This document shows, in pieces, positions 59,382-64,000 of a DNA stretch of 64,000 nucleotides; within the stretch, counting starts at the first letter, position 1, and each line of letters starts with the position of its first letter. Origin of the DNA: an uncultured Actinomycetota bacterium (GTDB taxonomy: Bacteria; Actinomycetota; Actinomycetes; S36-B12; GCA-2699445); assembly GCA_963766005.1 (NCBI GenBank), contig CAVXYG010000012.1, forward strand, positions 337,172-401,171, given 5' to 3'. Below the pieces are notes generated by a model. The model saw only the letters and a program-made list of their open reading frames with translations, searched no databases and had not been told where the DNA came from. The position numbers and the translations under genes were made by a program.

Positions 59382-61622
59382 ATGCTGAAGAAGATCCTGA
59401 TGTGGTTGGGTATTGCCATCCTGGCAGGAGCCGCCACCTTTGTGCTGCTCGTGGTCTTCTACCCGATCCCCGACCCCAACGAGACGGCGGTCGCAGAGTC
59501 CAGCCGCGTCCTCTACACCGACGGCGAGGCAGAGATCGGGCAGTTCGGAGATGTGAAGCGAACCTTCATCCCGCTGGACGACGTCCCCATCGACACCCAG
59601 CACGCGGTGCTGTCCGCCGAGGATCGCAACTTCTACGAGCACGGCGCGATCTCCATCAGCGGTCTGGCGCGGGCCGCCTGGAACAACCTGACCGGCGGGG
59701 CAACGCAGGGCGGTTCGACCATCACTCAGCAGTACGTGAAGAACATGTATCTCACCCAGGACCAGACGATCGTTCGCAAGTTCAAGGAACTGATCCTGTC
59801 GATCAAGCTCGAGATCGTGTGGTCGAAGGAGGAGATCCTCGAGGGCTACCTCAACACGATCTATTTCGGCAGGGGCGCCTACGGTATCGAGGCGGCGAGC
59901 CAGGCCTACTACGCCCACCCGGCAAGCGAGTTGGACACCGCCGAAGGTGCAGCGGTGGCGGCGATCATCCAATCGCCGGGGAACTACGAGCCCTCGGCTG
60001 AGGAGAACCTCCCACGGCTGCAGAACCGATTCGACTACGTGGTCGACGGGATGGTCGAGCAGGAGTGGCTCTCCTCGGCGGAGGCAAATGCGTTGGTGCT
60101 GCCGGAATTCGCGCCGCGCAGCAGCAACCGCTTCGGCGGCCAGGTGGGCTACATCATGACCACGGTGAAGTCGGAGCTGCTGGAACAGGGGTTCACCGAA
60201 GCGCAGATCGACGGCGGCGGCTTGACGATCGTCACGACCATCGACAAGCAGGCCCAGGACTCCATCGTCGCCACCGTCCAGGCCAACGGTCCCACGAGCG
60301 GGACCGAGGGCCTGCGGATCGGCATCGCGGCGGTCGAGCCCGGGACGGGGTCGATCCTGGCCATGTACGGCGGCCCGGACTACGTCCAGAACTCCTTCAA
60401 CAACGCCACGCAGGCGCGGGCACAGGCCGGCTCCACCTTCAAGCCGTACGCGCTCGCGGCAGCCTTCGAGAACGGCATCACCCTCGACTCCGTGTGGAAC
60501 GGCAACTCGCCGCGCACGATCAGCGGCTACACGCTGCAGAACGAGGGCAACAAGTCCTACGGGAACGTGACGCTGCTGCGCGCGACGGAGCAATCGATCA
60601 ACACCCCCTTCGTCGAGGTCACCGACGAGGTCGGGGTGCAGCGGGTGATCAACGCCGCCTTCCGCGCCGGGCTGCCGAGGGACACACCGGGCATCGAGGA
60701 GAATCTGACGTTCGTGCTGGGCACGGCCAGCCCGACGGCGCTGGACGTGGCCTCGACGTACGCGACCTTCGCCACCCGCGGGGTCTACCACGAGCCCACC
60801 ATCGTCAAGGAGGTGATCCTGGACGGTTCGTCGACCTACCAGCAGACCAGCGACGGCGAGGAGCGCTTCGACGCGACGATCATGGACAACGTCAACTTCG
60901 CCCTGCAGCGCGTGGTGTCGAACGGCACCGGCGGACGGGCGAGCGCGCTGGGTCGGCCGAACGCAGGCAAGACCGGCACGACGGACGACAACAAGTCCGC
61001 CTGGTACGCGGGATACACGCCGCAGGTCTCGGCCGCGGTGATGATGTCCAAGGAGGACGCCAACGGCAGGCCCATCTCGCTTCGGGGGACGGGCGGACTG
61101 AATCAGGTGTTCGGCAGTTCGTTCCCGTTGAGCATGTGGTTGGGATTCGCGCAGGGCTACCTGGAGGGCAAACCGGTGGAGCAGTTCGTCTCCGCGCCGG
61201 ACCTGCCGGGCTTCAACAACCCGGACACACCGACCGAGTCCCCCTCGCCGACGGAGTCGCCCACCGAGTCCCCGTCGCCGGAGCCCTCGGAGACCGAGAC
61301 CGCGGAACCGACGCCGTCTGCGTCCCCTGTGCCCTCCGACACGGCTGAGCCCAGCCCGCCGGTCGAGGACGGGGGCGCGGAGGCCGGCGCCGCAGGATCG
61401 ATTGGGGAGAACCCGGCCGGGAGGCCGACGCTGCACGGCCGACTCGGCCGGGGCCGGCCCCGACCGGGCGGGCGGTTCCGATTCCCGAGCCGGAGCCCGC
61501 CGACTGAACCGGACGTTGCTGAGCTCGGCGTGGTCGGGCGTCCCAGATCGGTGCATCGGGCGGTGCGGAGGGCTCCGCCGCGTCCCCGACTGAGTCGCCC
61601 CGCAAGGGGCGCTACCGGATGA
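59382..61622 (+). CDS. ponA: Class A penicillin-binding protein (transglycosylase/transpeptidase)
   Basis: ATG 59382 after GGAAGGG. GT51 motifs [10 protein letters not shown] and GGSTITQQ. Transpeptidase motifs STFKP and KTGTT. Pro/Ser/Thr/Glu-rich C-terminal linker. The last ~70 codons are Arg-rich and suspect. Confidence 0.88.
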   Translation: MLKKILMWLGIAILAGAATFVLLVVFYPIPDPNETAVAESSRVLYTDGEAEIGQFGDVKRTFIPLDDVPIDTQHAVLSAEDRNFYEHGAISISGLARAAWNNLTGGATQGGSTITQQYVKNMYLTQDQTIVRKFKELILSIKLEIVWSKEEILEGYLNTIYFGRGAYGIEAASQAYYAHPASELDTAEGAAVAAIIQSPGNYEPSAEENLPRLQNRFDYVVDGMVEQEWLSSAEANALVLPEFAPRSSNRFGGQVGYIMTTVKSELLEQGFTEAQIDGGGLTIVTTIDKQAQDSIVATVQANGPTSGTEGLRIGIAAVEPGTGSILAMYGGPDYVQNSFNNATQARAQAGSTFKPYALAAAFENGITLDSVWNGNSPRTISGYTLQNEGNKSYGNVTLLRATEQSINTPFVEVTDEVGVQRVINAAFRAGLPRDTPGIEENLTFVLGTASPTALDVASTYATFATRGVYHEPTIVKEVILDGSSTYQQTSDGEERFDATIMDNVNFALQRVVSNGTGGRASALGRPNAGKTGTTDDNKSAWYAGYTPQVSAAVMMSKEDANGRPISLRGTGGLNQVFGSSFPLSMWLGFAQGYLEGKPVEQFVSAPDLPGFNNPDTPTESPSPTESPTESPSPEPSETETAEPTPSASPVPSDTAEPSPPVEDGGAEAGAAGSIGENPAGRPTLHGRLGRGRPRPGGRFRFPSRSPPTEPDVAELGVVGRPRSVHRAVRRAPPRPRLSRPARGATG

Positions 61623-61869
61623 TCGTCGGGCAGCCGTACCGGGGTTGGGAACGGAACCGGTCGGGTCGGGCGACCACCGGGCAGTTGCTGCGGCCCTGTG
61701 GGACGGCGGAAGCCCCCGCCCGGCACGCAGTCCGAGGGCGGGGATGGCCGAGACCGTGACCCACGGCTCCTCGTCACCCTGCGGCATGCGCGTGGGCTTC
61801 CGGTGCACCGCATCAGGACGTGGTGGCCCAGATCGTCGAGTCGGGATCCCTCGTGGTGGGGAAGGCCGC

Positions 61870-62490
61870 CTACTCGCCGCCGGACTCCGCCACCACCGGG
61901 CTTTCCTGCGCAGTGAGCACCGAGGAGGAGTCGGCGACTGCTCCGAAGACCCCGCCCTGCATCGTGACCATGTGCAGCGCGGCCAGGGAGTTGCCGTAGT
62001 CGGTGGCGCCGGCGCAGTCAGACAGCAGCAGGCATTCGTAGCCGCGGTCGTTGGCATCGCGCATCGTGGTGTGGACGCAGACGTCGGTGGTGATCCCGGT
62101 GAGGATGATGTGCGCGATGCCCTCGGTGCGCAGCAGGAGGTCCAGATCGGTGGCGAGCAGGACCCCCGGCCGGGCTTGTCGATGATCGCCTCGCTGGGCA
62201 GCGGAGCGACCTCGGGCACGATCTCCCAGCCGGGCTCCCCGCGGGTGAGGATCCGTCCGCAGGGCCCCTGGTCGCCGATGCCGGCGTTGATCCGCCGAGG
62301 GCGCCACAGCTTGTTGGCCGGCAGGCCCTGTGCCCCTCGCGCGTGTGGATGATGGGGAAGCCGAGCGCCCGCGCCGCGGCCAGGACCGTTGCCGTCGGCT
62401 CGAGGCCCGCCCGGGTGAGTGCCAGGTCGTGGCCAGCGCGCATCGATCCAGTGCTCGACGGGACCGTTCGCGGATACCCGAGGGGGCGCT
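61870..62490 (-). pseudogene. Isochorismatase/cysteine-hydrolase family gene with at least two frame disruptions and a degraded N-terminus
   Basis: Homology is spread over three frames. Frame 1: [36 protein letters not shown] (about 62324-62446). Frame 2: [55 protein letters not shown] (about 62160-62324). Frame 3: [49 protein letters not shown]...* (61870-62160). Confidence 0.65.
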
Positions 62491-62533
62491 TCGCTCCAGC
62501 GGCTACCCGAGGATGGATACCCATAGGGGGTAG
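62473..62533. promoter_or_regulatory. Candidate CsoR operator region (three TACCC half-sites, one TACCC-N5-GGGTA pseudo-palindrome abutting a -35-like TTGACG)
   Basis: GATACCCGAGGGGG (62473-62486), GCTACCCGAGG (62502-62512), GATACCCATAGGGGGTAG (62516-62533). TTGACG at 62537-62542. csoR ATG at 62574. Confidence 0.4.
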
Positions 62534-62573
62534 GGGTTGACGCAAAGGGTCCGGGAGGCGTACACCTGGAGGT

Positions 62574-62873
62574 ATGGCCCACGACCACTCCTCAGCGGGG
62601 TACCTCGAGCACAAAGCCGACGTGCAGTCGCGGCTGCGCAAGATCGAGGGTCAGGTACGGGGCCTGCAACGCATGGTGGACGCCGATACGTACTGCATCG
62701 ACGTGCTGACTCAGGTGTCCGCCACGACGAGGGCCTTGGAGTCCACGGCGCTGCTGCTGATGCAGGACCACTTGAACCACTGCGTCGCCGACGCGGTGGC
62801 CGAGGGCGGAGATGTTGCTGAGGCGAAGCTGCAAGAGGCGGGCGATGCGATCGCCCGACTGGTCCGTTCATAG
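62574..62873 (+). CDS. csoR: CsoR-family copper-sensing transcriptional repressor
   Basis: [16 protein letters not shown], Cu-ligand pattern YC...H..HC (TYCIDVLTQ...DHLNHC). Confidence 0.88.
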   Translation: MAHDHSSAGYLEHKADVQSRLRKIEGQVRGLQRMVDADTYCIDVLTQVSATTRALESTALLLMQDHLNHCVADAVAEGGDVAEAKLQEAGDAIARLVRS

Positions 62874-62901
62874 CACCACGATCTGACTCTGGAGGTAGAT
62901 C

Positions 62902-63123
62902 ATGTCCACCGTCGCCACCTACGAAGTGAGCGGGATGTCCTGCGGCCACTGCGTGCACGCCGTCACCGAGGAGTTGCTGCACCTGGAGGGTGTGCGCTCA
63001 GTTGACGTGGCATTGGCTACCGAGGGCGCCTCGCAGGTCACGGTCACCAGCGATGCCCCACTGAGTCCGGCAGCGGTGCGTGAGGCGATCGACGAGGCCG
63101 GCTACGCGCTGGTCCCGTCGTGA
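62902..63123 (+). CDS. copZ: Heavy-metal-associated copper chaperone
   Basis: 73 aa, GMSCGHC metal-binding motif. Confidence 0.88.
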   Translation: MSTVATYEVSGMSCGHCVHAVTEELLHLEGVRSVDVALATEGASQVTVTSDAPLSPAAVREAIDEAGYALVPS

Positions 63124-63130
63124 TCCGCCG

Positions 63131-63226
63131 ATGAACGCCGCTGCCAGGCTGGCCGGTTTCGTCGTGCTGCTGAGCGTCGTGTTCGTCATCGGCCTGCTGC
63201 TCGGAGCGGCGGTAGGTCCGCTCTAG
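63131..63226 (+). CDS. Candidate 31-aa single-TM small protein between copZ and copA (not in the ORF track)
   Basis: ATG 63131 (7 nt after the copZ stop) ... TAG 63224-63226. Reads MNAAARLAGFVVLLSVVFVIGLLLGAAVGPL. About 26 of 31 codons end in G/C by hand count. Confidence 0.4.
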   Translation: MNAAARLAGFVVLLSVVFVIGLLLGAAVGPL

Positions 63227-63275
63227 CCGGGACCCACCCCGGAGCAGCCAACGACCCCAAACCCAGGAGGTTGCT

Positions 63276-64000
63276 ATGACCACCGTGGACTTGCAGATCG
63301 GCGGCATGACGTGCGCCTCCTGCGCAGCGCGGATCGAGAAGAAGCTCAACCGCATGCCGGGCGTCGAGGCCACCGTCAACTACGCCACGGAGAAGGCGCG
63401 GGTGGTCCTGCCGGAAGGCGTGAGCGTCGCGGAGGCCATCGCAACGGTGGAGCAGACCGGGTATACCGCGGCGGAACCGGAGCCGCCGCGCCCCCAGGCG
63501 GACGAGCCAGACGTCAACGCCGCCGAGGATCCAGAGGTCGCCTCGCTGCGGCAGCGCCTGGTGGTCTCGGCCGCGCTGACCGCACCGGTCGCGCTGCTGT
63601 CGATGGTCTCGGTGCTGCAGTTCGACAACTGGCAATGGCTGTGCCTGACGCTGGCCGCGCCGGTGGTGGTGTGGGGGGCGTGGCCGTTCCACCGCGCCGC
63701 CTGGCTGAACGCCCGGCACGCCGCCGCGACCATGGACACCCTGATCAGCGTCGGGGTGCTGGCGGCCTTCGGCTGGTCGCTCTACGCGCTGTTCCTCGGC
63801 ACGGCCGGGGAGCCGGGGATGCGCATGACGTTCCACCTGCTGCCGGAGCGCGGCGCAGGTTCGGGGGAGATCTACCTCGAGGTGGCCACGGTCGTGACCA
63901 CCTTCATCCTGGCCGGCCGCTACTTCGAGGCCCGGGCCAAGCGTCGCTCCGGTGCTGCGCTGCGGGCGCTGCTGGAGATGGGCGCCAAGGACGTCGTCGT
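63276..64000 (+). CDS. copA: Copper-translocating P-type ATPase, N-terminal part (3' end beyond window)
   Basis: ATG 63276 after AGGAGG. HMA domain GMTCASCAARIEKKL, then the first TM helices. The frame is open to the window end, so it is absent from the ORF track. Confidence 0.9.
   Translation, partial: MTTVDLQIGGMTCASCAARIEKKLNRMPGVEATVNYATEKARVVLPEGVSVAEAIATVEQTGYTAAEPEPPRPQADEPDVNAAEDPEVASLRQRLVVSAALTAPVALLSMVSVLQFDNWQWLCLTLAAPVVVWGAWPFHRAAWLNARHAAATMDTLISVGVLAAFGWSLYALFLGTAGEPGMRMTFHLLPERGAGSGEIYLEVATVVTTFILAGRYFEARAKRRSGAALRALLEMGAKDVV

Noticed and set aside
58623-62588. A 1321-aa ORF on the minus strand, the longest in the window
   Set aside because: It runs antisense through the 3' end of serA and the entire PBP gene. 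It is Arg/Gly/Pro-rich with no domain signature and is the usual stop-codon-free shadow frame of a high-GC gene. Only part of its first ~145 codons coincides with real (decayed) isochorismatase-family homology.

Overview
High-GC (about 70%) actinobacterial chromosomal segment, almost entirely core or housekeeping. From memory, gene order is syntenic with the Mycobacterium tuberculosis Rv3261-Rv3313 neighbourhood. In window order: nucleoside salvage (add, phospho-sugar mutase, punA), lpdA-like flavoprotein, FetAB-like ABC exporter, the acyl-CoA carboxylase block (accA, maf, accE, carboxyltransferase) with divergent birA, purK-purE, a UDP-glucose dehydrogenase / 2x GT2 / TagGH-like exporter / LCP / ManC cell-envelope glycopolymer block, F420 genes fbiA-fbiB, ilvD, ilvBNC, serA, a class A PBP, and the start of a csoR-copZ-copA copper operon. 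About 60 CDS are called. I saw no rRNA, tRNA, CRISPR array, transposase, integrase or prophage signal. I did not find convincing evidence for a novel multi-gene system, and the findings below are local observations.

The observations most worth a second look:
1. A candidate leaderless Ile-Leu-Val-Val leader peptide plus GNRA-capped terminator upstream of ilvB, followed by two further strong hairpins.
2. The 6-kb filler between ilvC and serA is a gene-decay zone. It holds a DsbA-like remnant, a frameshifted SDR, a frameshifted GH31 and GC-rich 29-nt direct repeats. A fourth, multiply frameshifted isochorismatase-family pseudogene lies next to csoR.
3. A (GACACCCC)n 8/7-nt tandem repeat with strong G-quadruplex potential sits between two convergent genes.
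4. A sulfotransferase-fold gene is embedded in the acyl-CoA carboxylase operon.
5. Three proteins appear to have substitutions at key residues: an aldo/keto reductase (Tyr to Phe, His to Gln), a K+ channel (filter TVGFRE) and the WS/DGAT (QHxxxDG).
6. An unlisted 31-codon hydrophobic ORF lies between copZ and copA.
7. Tandem perfect palindromes lie upstream of a hydrolase-TetR operon.

All family assignments come from reading motifs by eye. No database search was run.
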